A stretch of 64,000 nucleotides of DNA from Octopus sinensis (Eukaryota), in the NCBI RefSeq assembly GCF_006345805.1, contig NC_043000.1, positions 91,698,001-91,762,000 of the forward strand, written 5' to 3'. A model generated the notes under the pieces. That model worked only from the letters and a program-made list of their open reading frames with translations, was not told the DNA's origin and ran no database searches. Both the position numbers and the translations under genes were made by a program. Below, piece by piece: positions 25,963-39,988 of the stretch (within the stretch, counting starts at the first letter, position 1; the number at the start of each line of letters is the position of its first letter).

Positions 25963-26895
25963 AATGATGATGAGGATGAGGATTAAGATGACGGTGATGA
26001 TGCTAATTGTGATGTTGTTGATGACAACAACAATAGTAATAATAACAATAATACAACAATAACAACAACAGCAACAACAACAATAATAGTAACAATATTA
26101 CTACTACTACTGCTACTACTACTACTACTACTACTAATAATAATAATAATAATAATACTGCTATTACTACTACTAATGGTAATAATGGTGATGGTGACAA
26201 GGAAGAGTAGGAGGATGAGGATGAGAAGGAAGAGAAGAGGAGGCGGAGGAGCAGGAGGAGGGGGTAATCACAGAAGCAACAGCAGTAATAACGTGCATAA
26301 CATCAGAATGCACCGCATCAACACGATGCAGAGAAAAATATGAATAAATATATGAATAAACATGTAAATAAATAATAAATAAATTCAGGAAATTAGTGCA
26401 AAGCAAAGAAGCACAAGAAGATGTAATAAAAATGCATTTTGTAAGATGCTTGATAGAACTGTAATCATTCACTGGACGAAAAGGTTCAAAGTTCTTCACT
26501 CGTCTATAATTTTTAGCATTCATTCATCTTAAGATGTTTATTCTTCTTTGCTTAATCAAAAGTTCTTTCTTTCAAAATTAACCATTTCCTTTTGAAATTC
26601 CACCCATGTCTGCTTTATTCTTCTAGGCTGGCGAAGTTATTGTCGTCATCACCATCGTCGTCGTCAGCATGATGATGATGATGATGATGATGATCATCAT
26701 CATCATCATCATCATCATCGTAGTTGTCGTCGCCTTCTTCGTTTGTCGTTGTTGTCGTTGTCATTGCCGTTATCTTTCTCTTTCACTTCCTCCTCTTCAT
26801 CGTCGTTATCAAAATCGTTTTCGTCGTCTTTGTCATCTCAGTCGTTATCGTTGTCGTCATCATCATCATCCTCGCTACTAACATTGTGATCATCG

Positions 26896-26950
<55 letters not shown>

Positions 26951-27255
26951 TATCATTATTACCATGATCATCACCTTCATCGCTGTCGTTGGCATCATCA
27001 TGCCCACCATTATAGCTTTCAATATCGTCCGTCTTCGTCGTCGTCCCCTTCCTCCCCCTCCTCCTCCTCTTCCTCTAATCCTCTTCTTCTTGCTCCGCTC
27101 CTCCTTCACGTCATTTTCCTTTTTTCCTCGTCGTTCTCCTTCCCTCATTGTCATGTTCCCCTTCTTCTTGCTCCCCTCCCCCTCCTCATCAGCATCAACA
27201 TCACCACCACTGCCACCACCACCATCGTCGTCGTCATCATCATCATCATCATTCT
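25085..27255. repeat. 2.2-kb trinucleotide low-complexity field: (GAT/GAC/AAC)n then (CAT/CGT/CCT)n
   Basis: Direct reading; explains the poly-M/D/I/T ORFs. Confidence 0.9.
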
Positions 27256-28709
27256 GTTTTGATGAAAATAGGCTTAGTTTTAAACCGTTGCGAGGAAACT
27301 AGATTATTACCGTCTTACTAGTTATTGTCAAACAATTTCAAACAATTTTTTCAGAATAAGCTGATATCTATTCTATATAGTGGGGTAGACAAATGGTCTG
27401 CCATTTAAACAATGTTTTTTGTTCGTTTTAAATTATTTTTTGTACTTACAATTAGTTCAATATGTTATTTGTCATAAGGTGGAGACGGAAGATGTATTAA
27501 CAACAAAGAAATTAACATTTGATACACCTCCCACAAAATAATAATTATTACTTTTGAACACACAAAAGCGAATTTAAAACATAATACACAAATATTTAGA
27601 AATAAGATCAATAGAAAACATGACAATTAAATAAAGAGACACAACCACAAATAGAAGTCACAAAAAATACGAACTTGCACGGTTTAAATAAAAGTTCTAA
27701 TCAGAAAAACAATCGCAACGCAAATCTGTACGATACTCATAGACGTACAATCAATTCCTTTGCAAGCATTACAATCCCAAAGAAAGCTTTAAACATGGGT
27801 CAAAATAATTAATTAAGTAAACACAAAAGGGAATATTTACTTGCAATGTATTTGTTTAAAATTGAAAATTGTTAAGTGGAAAGAGAGAAGTTACTTCTGA
27901 TTCAAGAAGCGTGAATAATCTTTCATTTGCCAACAAAGGAATAGTTGAAGAAATATTTTGACGATATCTTTCTGGACTTCGACATATAGGATGTGGTTAA
28001 AGATTAGGCAAAAATGCTAGTTCATACACCTGTACATTAGCTAGTTAAGCAAAATACTGGACAACGTAGCACGAGAGTCACAGCTAGAGAAAATGCTGGT
28101 GACGCTGAACTTTGGTTCGAATACATCTCTGCGACACAATACAATTAAGTAGAGAGTGCTAAGCAACATGGGATTAAATTAAATAGGTTGTTATTTGCTT
28201 GAATCAACTACAGTAGGAAGATCAATTACCGAAAGAGATAGAGCTATCGCCAAATTGTGGTAGCAGATGGAAAAGCAACGAGATTGCTTGTACAGAGCAA
28301 AACAAGTAAACATTAAACGAGTTGAAGTAAGAGGCACACGAGCGCTTTCTATCTAGAGGATATTTAATAGAAAGATGGGGAAGAAAACACAGCAGAAGTA
28401 GAAATGCAATTGTCGCGTTTCTTGGACTCTGTCTTTCCAGAACTCTAAGGTCATAGTTACGAAGATACCGAAAGAAATAATCTCATCCGTAGTACGAGAA
28501 ATAAACGATCAGAAGTCATGACTCAAACCATTAACAACGTTCTTTTGTTGCAAAACAATGGGAGAGGGAATGGGGGATGGACAGGAGTAAAATACTCTCG
28601 AAGCAATAGAAATTCTCTAACCAAGAAACAACAACAACAAAGACAAACAAGGAAAAAGAAAGGAAAAGAAAAATAAGGCAATGAAGATAAGATATTGCAC
28701 CATATTTCT

Positions 28710-28925
28710 AAGGTGGCGAGCTGGCAAAATCTTTAGCACACCAAGCAAAATGGTGAGTGACATTTTGTCCGTCTTTATGTTCCGAGTTAAAATTTTACCG
28801 ACGTCAGGTTTGCCTTTCATCCTTCTGGAATTGATAAAACAAGTACCAGTTAAACACTAACAGTCAATGTAATCGACTTATCCTCCTACTCTAAATTGCC
28901 GGCCTTGTGCCAAAATTTGAAACCA
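28710..28925 (+). mobile_element. SINE family B
   Basis: ggtggcgagctggcaaaatc head, core, ggccttgtgccaaaatttgaaacc tail. Confidence 0.8.
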
Positions 28926-29119
28926 GTATATTGTACAATACTTTCTATCCCCACGTTTCGTTTCCGTTTTGCCTGCCCCAAACATTTTCAGTACTGTGTG
29001 CATACATGCCATTTCGTCAGACTTGTTTCCTCCCAAACCAGTTCCTTCAGTCCACTAACCAATCGTGCTGTTTCTCTTTTTCTCCCACTAATTATGGAAC
29101 ACGCAATTCTTGTAGAGAT

Positions 29120-29520
29120 TAAAAATTTTTTTTTTTAGAAGCACTCCGTCGGTTACGACGATGAGGGTTCCGGTTGATCCGAATCAACGGAACAGCCTGC
29201 TCGTGAAATTAACGTGTAAGTGGCTGAGCACTCCACAGACACGTGTACCCTTAACGTAGTTCTCGGGGATATTCAGCGTGACACAGAGAGTGACAAGGCC
29301 GGCCCTTTGAAATACAGGTACAACAGAAACAGGAAGTAAGAGTGAGAGAAAGTTGTGGTGAAAGAGTACAGCAGGGATCACCACCATCCCCTGCCGGAGC
29401 CTCGTGGAGCTTTAGGTGTTTTCGCTCAATAAACACTCACAACGCCCGGTCTGGGAATCGAAACCGTGATCCTATGACCGCGAGTCCACTGCCCTAACCA
29501 CTGGGCCATTGCGCCTCCAA
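29120..29520 (-). mobile_element. Full-length young tRNA-derived SINE (family C head; possibly one of the described octopus OR-type SINEs)
   Basis: Minus-strand head ggaggcgcaatggcccagtggttaggg..gtttcgattccc; poly(A) tail; 11-bp TSD cttgtagagat at 29109-29119 and 29521-29531. Confidence 0.9.
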
Positions 29521-30058
29521 CTTGTAGAGATATTCGCTCTCTTTTATGCTAGCAAAATTAAAAACCCTCTCTTTGAGAGTGATTTCATTTTTGCTAACCA
29601 AAAACTTCACAGGAACCAAATCCAGAAATTAGAGTGGTGGTGAGTGTTGCGGGGAACGTAAGTCATTGCGTGCTTTTCCAAAATTCACAGATAAGGATTT
29701 AAACGTGATCGTTTTAAAATTGTTTCGTTGGAAAGGCGACTTGTCTCAATATTTTCTCGGGTAGTGTGATGCTTGAGGCATGCATACACATCTGGACACT
29801 ACTTTCAAATTCACACCTCTTTTTTCGTACTACTTGTTCCAAATGCCTTACAGTATCCAAGTAAATCTCTGTGTTGATCATCAGGCCACGAGGTAAAATT
29901 TCAAGATGAACGTCATTCTTTCAAAGAGCCAAAAGACGATCGACATTTTCCTCATTTAAGCAAGGCTAAGGTGTATTTTATGTGTGGTTTGTATGTGTAT
30001 AGGTATATATATAAGTACGCATTGATGTGTATATATTATATACATGACTATATTTACG

Positions 30059-30089
<31 letters not shown>

Positions 30090-30132
30090 ATATATATACA
30101 CGCATATATGATATGCATGCATGTATGCATGT

Positions 30133-30253
<121 letters not shown>

Positions 30254-30493
30254 ATGGAGAGATAGATTGATAAGGCTTCTTATATCTGTAAAAATGTCTA
30301 TTTGATGAATGTTGTTTTTTATATCCTTTTTGGTGGGATTGATGTATAGCTGACCATAATTCTTCCTGTCGGACGTATTTTGAATGCATATATCGAAATG
30401 TATGTACAATATATGAAGACATAAATATTTTAATAACATCCTGGTTATTTGTCTACTTTCTCAATTTTTCATATATATATATATAAATATAAA

Positions 30494-30642
30494 CGACAGG
30501 CTTCTTTCAGTTTCCGTCAACCAAATCCAGCTACAAAAGCTTTGGTCATCCTAAAGCTATAATAGAAGACCAAGGTGCCACGTAGGGGAACTGACCCAGA
30601 ACCATATGGTCGGGAGCAAACTTATCACGTTACAGCTACGCG
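30494..30642 (-). mobile_element. SINE family D, 5' half
   Basis: Matches 61680-61845. Confidence 0.7.
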
Positions 30643-31393
30643 TACATTGGATTATATATTGACTTGTTTAAAATTAAACCACTCATAAGGTGAAGTTTAT
30701 GGTTATGGTATATATTATAACACTAAGTATTAACCTTTAGTGGTTAATAAAGAAATTATTAAAATATTAAATATTAAAATCACTTCTTGTAAGAGTGATT
30801 GGCTTATTTTTCTACATCCCCACATGGTTAAGTGTTCTTTTGCTTACAAATTGTTCAAACGGTCATCTGATATTGGTTTCATTGTTTATACTCTGGTAGT
30901 GCGTGTGGTGACTCTCATAAATTCGTTGAGGTCATTGCGAAAAAAAAAAAAAAAGGAAATGGATAGCTTCTATGCTGTCGCCTTATGATCTTTAACATCA
31001 ACCATAAAATTAGATTAAAATGTTTACTTTTATGTGATATTTAATCTAAAGTTTCATTGGAGGATATGTGCTGAAACAACAAAATTGTGGATACAGACAG
31101 AACTGGTTATATGAAAGAGAATTCCATTTAATTTAATTGTACACAATCAAACAGTGTCCGACTATACGCAACAATTCGATTGAAAATTTCCCTTATACAT
31201 ACACACATATACACGCACTCATACACATACACACACATTTATAAACGCAGATCCACATAAACATACATATTCGCATACACAAATACTATAATACATAGGT
31301 ATCTATATGTGTAAATGTACACACATACACACAGACATACGAAAATGTGTATGTGTATTCATATATACTACGTAAATGTAAATATATATATGC

Positions 31394-31424
<31 letters not shown>

Positions 31425-31477
31425 TGTACGTATGTATTATGTGTGTGTGTATGTATATATGTATTTACATTTGCATA

Positions 31478-31514
<37 letters not shown>

Positions 31515-31572
31515 GTGAATGTGTGCGCGCGTGCATATATTTATATATAGTTAGTAGCTAATAAGTGGTTTG

Positions 31573-31621
<49 letters not shown>

Positions 31622-31704
31622 GTGTGCGTGTTAAAATATAAGGTATATATATATACATACATACATTCTCACACATACATACATTCATACATATATACAT
31701 ACAC

Positions 31705-31750
<46 letters not shown>

Positions 31751-32179
31751 ATACATATATACAAAAAGACAAAAACATAGTGGTTAAAATATCTTTGTGA
31801 CGCGATAATGGCTGTGTACCATGAAGTTACGTTACTTATTTTATATTTTGTAGACATTACAAATAATCATTTTAACATTATCATACTACTAATGTTACAT
31901 CATCAAAGATTTTCTGTTTGAGTTTTCCCCTGTTGCCTTCATTGCAAATAACGTCCACCTTTAACTTGAGTTATGGTTTGATGAGTAAAAACATTTTGCT
32001 AATGTTTGTTTTATACTAGTAAAGAAGGGGGCAATAAAATTGTTGACTCTGAGACAATTGAAATGGGGAATATATTTTAAAATCCACCTTAGATTCAATG
32101 TAAATTAAATCAGGAAACCAATGAATTTGTTAAACAATTATTAAAATTCAATTTGTTTGACACATTGTGCGTATTGTCG

Positions 32180-32360
32180 CCCTCTTCGAAGATATAAGCA
32201 CCAACTGAAAGCTACAGGAATTGACCCTAAATCATTTGAAATATAGGCCCAAAAACCGTGCCAAGTGACGGTATTGAATCACCATTGAACTAAAAATTTT
32301 GAAGCCACCAGAAGAGAAAAGAAAGAAATTAAACGACAAGAAAGAGAAATTAATCGGAAG
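32180..32360 (+). mobile_element. RTE-type LINE C-terminal fragment
   Basis: RRYKHQLKATGIDPKSFEI*AQ..KNFEATRREKKEIKRQER. Confidence 0.5.
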
Positions 32361-32624
32361 CTTCTAGAATGTTCGAGAATTTTCGAGAAGGTCGAGGGAG
32401 ATTACTCTCATTAGATCCCTTTTTTGTTTTGCTTTCCTACTTGACCGCCAGAGATCACTACAGACTCTTCTATGCAAGAATTGGTCGACAGAGTCATCAA
32501 CGGCAGCACCGTGAAGGAAGCGTTCAACAAAGAAGAAAATAAAATTTCGGATATGAGATAAAGCCGATGATGACGACGACGTATCGTATATTTACAAAAA
32601 TTACATAAAGATATATTGAATAAA

Positions 32625-33770
32625 AGGGTAAGTCAAACATTATCCACATTTCGCTAAAACTGCTTTTAGGTTGGTCGCACTGCCTTCAGCACTCGTGTAC
32701 TAAGAGGCGGTACATTTGTGTTTACATAAATACGATCGCTCCGGTTTCCTTTCTGATGTTGTAGAGGAAACATAGCCTCTCCGCTGGCAGTGTGCAGCAA
32801 GGAAGAACAGAGACCAAGGATCCGGTTTCTCTTGTCAGGGCATGAAATTTATGGCAGACTTTCTGTACAACACGGTGTTCTACCGCTTAGAAGGGTATAT
32901 GAATGAATCGAAAAGTTCGAGGAAGGCTTCTGGCGAACCGATGAGCGACCATCGATGAGATGGCATGTTCTCTGAAAATTAATGATGGTTCTGCATTGGG
33001 AGTCATCCACGACAAACTTCGTTTCCATAACGTTTGTGCAAGACGGTTGTCGAGAGAGCTTAACGAAACACATAAGCGCAATCATGTGGAGGTCTGTCAA
33101 CATGTAGTCGACCACTTCTAAGAGGGAAGCTTTTGGTGATGGTGGCGAGAATTGTCACAAGATGTGAGATTTGTGTTCATCACTTTGAGTCAGGATCCAA
33201 AAGACAGAGTATGGAATGGAAACACTCAGAATCGTCAACGAGAAAGAAATCCATGACTCAACCTTAAAAGCGATGCCAAACGATTTTGGGGATGCAACAG
33301 GACCTATATAAGAACCTTCGCTGAAAAAGGGGTCTACAGTCACCAGTGCAGGCTACTGTGAAATGCTGGCCAACAAACTGAAGCCAGCAATTTGCACCAA
33401 ACGCCGAGTTCTATTGTCAAAGCAAGTGTTATTGTTGCACAACAATGCATTCCTACATACAGCCACCCGCGCCATTGAAACCATTGAAAAATTGGGGTTT
33501 CTAGTTGCTGGAACACTTTGCATACTGGCCAAATATGGTTTACGAGGTCATCGATTTGCTACGGACGAAAATGCGCAGGAAGCAGTGCATAAATGGTTGT
33601 GCGACCAGCTGTAAACCTTCTCCGAGGGAATAAGCTTTTTTGTAAACCGCTGGAAGAAGTGCATCAAAAAGCAAGGAGTCTGTGTTGAAAAATGATGTGA
33701 GTGTCCAACCTCTGCTTTTGTGTTAATAAATTACAGGAACAAGAGTGCGTATAACTTTTGACAACATGGT
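32625..33770 (+). mobile_element. Near-full-length mariner (DD34D) fossil
   Basis: RIVTRCEICVHHFESGSKRQSMEWKH; LKPAICTKRRVLLSKQVLLLHNNA; LRGHRFATDENAQEAVHKWL; RWKKCIKKQG; degenerate TIRs. Confidence 0.85.
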
Positions 33771-33774
33771 ATAA

Positions 33775-34580
33775 ATAGGGTGTGTAAGCTATTTGAGAAC
33801 AGAATTTTAATTTAAGAAAAAACTAAAGTATTCTTGAAAAAAAAAACAATATATGTTTATAGAAATTGGTATGCATATTCTTACATACACAATGCATAAC
33901 GTTATCCAATAAAACTGCCATTAACCTCGTTTGCAGCCTCAATAGGGCTTCTGAAACGACAAAAAATGTCATAACGTTACCAATAACAAACATCAACGAG
34001 TCCATGGCAATGTAGACATACTAGTTGATCTCCTTCTCATTGATGTCCCAAAAGTAGTAGCCAGGTGCGGTTAAATCAAGAGAGCTAGATGACCAAATGC
34101 TCGGGGTGACATGATCGTGAAAATTTTCGGACTTGTTTTGTGCAGCCTATATGAGAAAGAGCAGCGTCTTGCTGGAATACATACGACCCGTCCTAAACAG
34201 CCCACTTGATCCAGAGCTTGACAACCGTCTCCAATATCTCGAGATAGGCTGCCGCACTAACCCTAGGACCTTGCGAGAAAAAATGAGTGAACATGACATG
34301 ACATTCGTTTGTCAAGACCCATGAAATCATTGCAGAAGATGGAATCTGGTGCGCATAAAAGTGAGGACTTTAGTAGAGCTGACGCAGAACCATCTGTCTT
34401 TTCTCCTGTTCGTATTTCTCCTAATCGTATTTTAATATTGAACAACGTTTGTTTCATCAGAGAAGAGCCAGAACTTATCGGGCTCTTCGAGGTGCTTGAA
34501 TTTCTTTAGCAAGCGCTTTAACTGGACCACATGGTTCTCCCAGTTTTATCGAACATGAGCTGCCTTTTTCTCATAACGTA
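33775..34580 (-). mobile_element. maT/DD37D-type Tc1-mariner fossil, catalytic half
   Basis: FWLFSDE..AAAYLEILETVVK..SYVFQQDAA..NFHDHVTPSIWSSSSLDLTAPGYYFW. Confidence 0.75.
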
Positions 34581-35389
34581 ACAGTTGTATAACGGTTAGA
34601 TGTGTCTGACGATTGGACATACAATATTGATTATGTAATTTACTGTAATTTCCATTATGTAACGCAAGACAGATAACCGCTGCTCTTCTGTACTATGATA
34701 TACTTTACTAGCCAATAATAATAATTTTGCTTCTATATCTCAGTGTATAAAATGCGTTATAAAATTAGTTTTATCATCACAGGATAAGAGAGCTGACCCA
34801 AGGCTATAGGAAAATATGTCATGGCATTGTATCAAACCTCGGGATCTCTTGATTGCAAACTTTCCTTTACAGCCATACTTGCACCTTACATGTATGTGTG
34901 GATGCGAGTTTATACAATTATATGTATTTGTAAATGTATATATGTATATGTTTTTCTATACATATATGTATGTGTATATATATTTATTTATGTTTGTCTA
35001 TGTGTGAGTGTTTGTGCGTGTGTGTATGTAAATATATATTTATAGGGGGTCGTGGCCTAGTGATTGGGGTTTTGTATACGCGATAGCAATATCATGCTTT
35101 CGATTTCCCAACTGAGTGGAGCATTGTGTTCTTGAGCAAAACACTTGATCTCACGTTATTCTGAAATCAAATCCCCACCAGGCTATGACACACCGTGTAT
35201 GTATTCAGACAACGCCGATTTGATGGAAGGAATGAGCTGACGAGCTACACAAATATTTGATTATTATAAACACACCACCTGTGCATGTCGTTTACCGAGA
35301 AATTGCAGACTCTTCATCTGTCATCAACGACAGGAGAGTCCACGATACACACACCCACACACAAACACGCACGCACACACACATACATG

Positions 35390-35455
<66 letters not shown>

Positions 35456-35464
35456 ATACGTTTA

Positions 35465-35968
35465 AATATTTGTTGTGCAAGATTTTTTATGTGAAGTCGT
35501 GTGTTGAAACAGTTATTGTTATATTTCGGAATGGTCATATTGCCAGTTTAGCCAATAAAAACACACGCACTATATATTTGGTGTTATTTTGCTTCAGTGT
35601 TATTTATTTTTTACATTAATCTTAATCTTATTTCGGCCAGAGTTCTTTCGTCACGTTCCTGTGACCGCATCAGTGGTCCTTTGTTTTCTTCTTTCTTATT
35701 TGTGTCTCTCCTTACTAACCGTCAGCCATTTTGTATTTCTATCGTATGTCTTCATTTGCGCATGGCTGACGGTTAGTAAGGAGAGACACAAATAAGAAAG
35801 AAGAAAACAAGGACCACTGATGCGGTCACAGGAGTGTGACGAAAGAACTCTGGCTGAAATAAGATTAAGATTAATGCAAAAAATAAATAAAACTGAAGCA
35901 AAATAACACCAAATATATATTGCGTGTGTTTTTATTGGCTAAACTGGCAATATGACCATTCCGAAATA

Positions 35969-35972
<4 letters not shown>
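35465..35972. mobile_element. PLE-derived fold-back element (arms 35518-35729 and 35762-35972, 32-nt spacer) inside (TA)n
   Basis: Near-perfect reverse-complement arms; homologous to 22105-22336. Confidence 0.9.
35814..35853 (+). ncRNA. Degenerate hammerhead motif (A9->C); mirror copy on minus strand at 35637-35676
   Basis: cca CTGATGC g GTCAC aggagt GTGAC GAAA gaac TC tgg. Confidence 0.55.
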
Positions 35973-36005
<33 letters not shown>

Positions 36006-36008
36006 ATC

Positions 36009-36087
<79 letters not shown>

Positions 36088-36304
36088 CTATGTATATATA
36101 TATATGTATATATATATATTGTACATGTTTTATGTGCTACTAATAGTTGCCTATGTTGAGAATTACCTCAAACATATTCATCAGGCACAAACGACATATC
36201 ATAGCCAACTAAAGATTGAATGAGAAAAGAAATGTGAAAAGCTGAGAAGGAAGCATATAAAAAATGCGGAAGGTTAAAAGACGGTAAACGGAAAACGGAA
36301 ATAT

Positions 36305-37165
36305 GAAAATTAAAAAGTAAAAATGACTGGGTTCTCTTGCTATGAGGCATGGTGCAGAGTCCTGTTGCTAGACATAGGGCCTTCCAGCAGTCACCCTCTT
36401 GAGCCAGGACAGTCCTACCTCCTGCCAGCACTTGGTATAGGCCACTGTATTGAGTGTGAGGCTGTGGTATGAAGAATGGTGGTATAACGTCACCATCACT
36501 AGTGATCACTTCAAACTCCATGATGTTGAATGGATGTTTGATTTTTATCCCTCTCAGTACATATTTTGGGGTAACGGCAAGCCAAGGATTATTCTGTGTG
36601 TTCACCATTTGATCCTGGCAGTAATTTTTCTCGTCTGCGAAAAATCAAAGCATGTTCAGTTGGTGGTCTTACCTCTTGTCCTTGATGGTTTGGGATAAAA
36701 ATTGGTTCATTCTCATCATGTATGAGATATACTCAGACGCTCCCATGTCCCTGGCGATGGACCTGCTTGACTTGGAGGGATTGTTGTCAATCATGGTCTG
36801 GTTCTTACCACCAAATTCCGGATTTCTTTTCTTATCAGAACGATCAGAGTGAGATTCCGAGCTACCGTACTTTCGTAATATCCAATAGATTGATTCAACT
36901 CTTTCCGAATACTCTGCACTGTCCTCAGATTTACACACGAACACTCTGAAATGTTCGTATCGGAGCTTCCAGCGCGAATGCCAAGCAGTATAGCATGTCG
37001 CTTCCAAATTTGTGGCAGAGTGAAATGCGACATGGTGCTGTTTTTCTCACAGATGGTGCCCAATTGACCCTACTATACTGTGTAGTTGACAAAATCAAAG
37101 ACAAACAATGCACATGCGCGAAAATAAAAATATAAAATGGCGAAAATTTACCGAGCGCACCCTGT
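36305..37165 (-). mobile_element. Second maT/DD37D-type fossil, 5' two-thirds
   Basis: TIR start tacagggtgcg; MSHFTLPQIWKRHAILLGIRAG; NPSKSSRSIARDMG; VITSDGDVIPPFF; QQDSAPC. Confidence 0.8.
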
Positions 37166-37236
37166 ATATTTGTATACACACACATGTATACATATGCATA
37201 CATATTCATATGTATATATATATATATTATATATAT

Positions 37237-37284
<48 letters not shown>

Positions 37285-37320
37285 ATATGTATACATATTT
37301 ATACATGTATATATTCTCAT

Positions 37321-37538
37321 ATTTTTTATTTGCTTCAGACATTTGACTGTGGCCATGCTGGAGTACCGCCTTTAGTCGAATAAATCGACCCCAGGACTTA
37401 TTCTTTTTAAGCCTAGTACTTATTCTATCGGTCTCTTTTGCTGAACCACTAACTTATGAGGACGTAATCACACCAACATCGGTTGTAAAGCAATGTAGGG
37501 GTGGGCATACACAGAAAGACACACTTAAATATATACAT

Positions 37539-37594
<56 letters not shown>

Positions 37595-37743
37595 GTGTGT
37601 GGGTTCAGTCTTCCAAACGCACTCGCAAGATTTTGGTCGGCCTGAGGCTATAGTAGAAGAAACTTGCCCAAGGTGCCATGCAGTGGGACTGAACGCAGAA
37701 CCATGTTGTTGGGAAGCAAGCTTCTTATCACACAGCCACACCT
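37321..37743 (-). mobile_element. tRNA-derived SINE family D with internal (TA)/(GT) tract
   Basis: Colinear with 53123-53566 and 61443-61845. Confidence 0.8.
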
Positions 37744-38552
37744 ATATATATATATATGTTTGTATGTATGTATGTATGTATGTATGTATGTATGTATGCA
37801 CACACACACGTGGACATATACATCCATGCATATGTTTACATGTGTGTTTTTTTTCATGTATACCAACACACACAAACACTCATACACAGACACACATGTT
37901 TATATGGCCCTTCGCTTTATGAACAAAAGAAAAAAACAGCTAATGCCATTGACTAGTTTCTTTCCAGTTCTAATAGAGGCACGCACATACATGTGTCAAG
38001 TAACCATGGCAACTCACAGATGGGATGTAAATTCTCAAATTCAGGTAATTTGCTAACCAATCAGGAAAATTTATTCTGCTTTACCATTTTTGGCATTCAA
38101 TCTACACCCACCCCTATCCAGTTATTGGCAGGAAATGGTTTAATATCCTGATTGGCACCAAGAGAATTCAATCAGCAACCTTTGACATGGTTCTGATGAT
38201 GGAAATGAAGTTTGGGAGCCAAGTTCTTTCAGTCTTCTGATTAAAAATTAAAAATAAATATATAAAAATTTTGGTTTAGAGGAATTTCTTTTTTTTCCTC
38301 AAAGAAAAACTTGTGAACACTGAAGGAATAAAATGATGATGATGATGATGATGATAATGATGACAGTGATGTTGATAAAGAAGATGGAGGGGGAGGGGAA
38401 GAAGAAGAGGAAAAAGATTGGAGAAGGAACAAATAGAAGTGGAATTTTTAAAGAAAATGGAGTAGAAATATTGGAAGAATGGAGAACAATCAAAACATAA
38501 AAGTCAAAGTAAAATATATCTAAGTTATATATTATACATTTAAGTGGTTATA

Positions 38553-38604
<52 letters not shown>

Positions 38605-38838
38605 TCCTTTATGTTTAAAGAATAACTTGGTCTTTTGTACAGTTTGTCCTTTTGTTGCCGTTAACATTATACCAGTAATATACTGAAATTTATTTACACC
38701 ATTCAAAAGCTGGTTCTACTTCAAATAATGTTAATTCAGTAAAAGAAAAGAGCATCAAGGACGACAAAGAAGAAAACAGAGTAAATAAGAATATACAATA
38801 AATAGATTTTGGTGATACTCTGTGAAGAAGAAATAGAA

Positions 38839-38874
<36 letters not shown>

Positions 38875-39506
38875 GTGCTCAACATTTCAGACAGTGGTCC
38901 TCTGATGAGAATAAAACAGAAAAATAAATAGAAGTGTTTTGCATGTACAGTTGCTGTACTCAAGGAGAAGCTTAAATATTAAGTTGGAAAGAAAGTCCTG
39001 TTGAGATATGAAAGAAACAAAATCGTCTTTGGTCTCAAAGATATATTAATCAAGATGATATTTCCCTTCATGATTGATAACATAATTCTATCTGTTTGGC
39101 AAATTGTTCATCCCTCAGGCATAAAATTCTTCAAGATTTGAAGCAAAGAAATAATCAACATCATTTTTACCTCCTTCTCAGTTATTAAACTGTTTTCGCT
39201 CTAATTTTATTGTAATGATCAGTTAGAGCAAGATCATGAAGATGCAGCAAATGTCCGTATTTAGAGACATAATGTTCTCCTGAGTGATTTGGGTAATATG
39301 TAGACTTAAATATATAATAGTGTGAGGGCAACAACCCTTTATGACTGATTAATCCTGGGCACTTCGAACTGGCAGAATCGATAATATGTTGGGCAAAACA
39401 ATTTCGTCCGTTGTCATATTCTGAGTTCAATTTCAACTGAGGTTGATTTTGTCTTTCATCCTTTAAGGGTCAATAAAATAAGTACTAGTTGAACACTGTT
39501 GTCAAT

Positions 39507-39671
39507 ATTTCATTTTGGGATTTGGTTTGCAAGATTCTTTATATGAGTTTGTGTGTTGAAGCATATTCTGTTGTGTCTGGGGAGAATCATTTTCTTTTTG
39601 TGCCTTATAATGTAACACATTCATCAGTAAAATTTCCACTTATTTCTTATTTTTATTTTATTTTTATTTTA
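39507..39671 (-). mobile_element. 165-bp terminal fragment of the PLE-derived family, inserted into a SINE B
   Basis: gcaagatt..gtgtgttgaa motif shared with 22121, 35477 and 56712; 10-bp TSD tgttgtcaat at 39497-39506 and 39672-39681. Confidence 0.7.
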
Positions 39672-39988
39672 TGTTGTCAATGTGATTGATTTATCTCTCT
39701 CCCGAAATTGTTGCTCTTTTCCTGCAATTTTTTGTGCAGCTTCTATATGACAACAATATTTCTCTGAATCATCTGTTTTTGGTTTGGTTTAATATTTCAT
39801 GATAGATGACACTGCTCATATCCTACCAAACTTTTTTCAGGGGTAGCCCATATTTTTTATAGTTTATTATCATTTACATTTTGAAGAATTTTTGTTTACC
39901 TTTCGAGCCATTTATATACACTTGAGGACACCTAAACCTTTTCAGTGCTTAGGGCTTCTATGGGTGTTAATATATATATATATATATA

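Noticed and set aside
25059-27302. Long ORFs (up to 220 aa) rich in I/V/M/D/T
   Set aside because: Pure trinucleotide repeats, open in several frames on both strands
27700-28560. Non-repetitive coding-like stretch, perhaps a retroelement relic
   Set aside because: No motif recognised with confidence
29440-29520. tRNA gene
   Set aside because: Head of a SINE with body, poly(A) tail and TSD
30360-30410. ctgtcgga...catatatcgaaatgta HHR-like relic (similar at 17475-17512)
   Set aside because: Core and stems too degenerate to support
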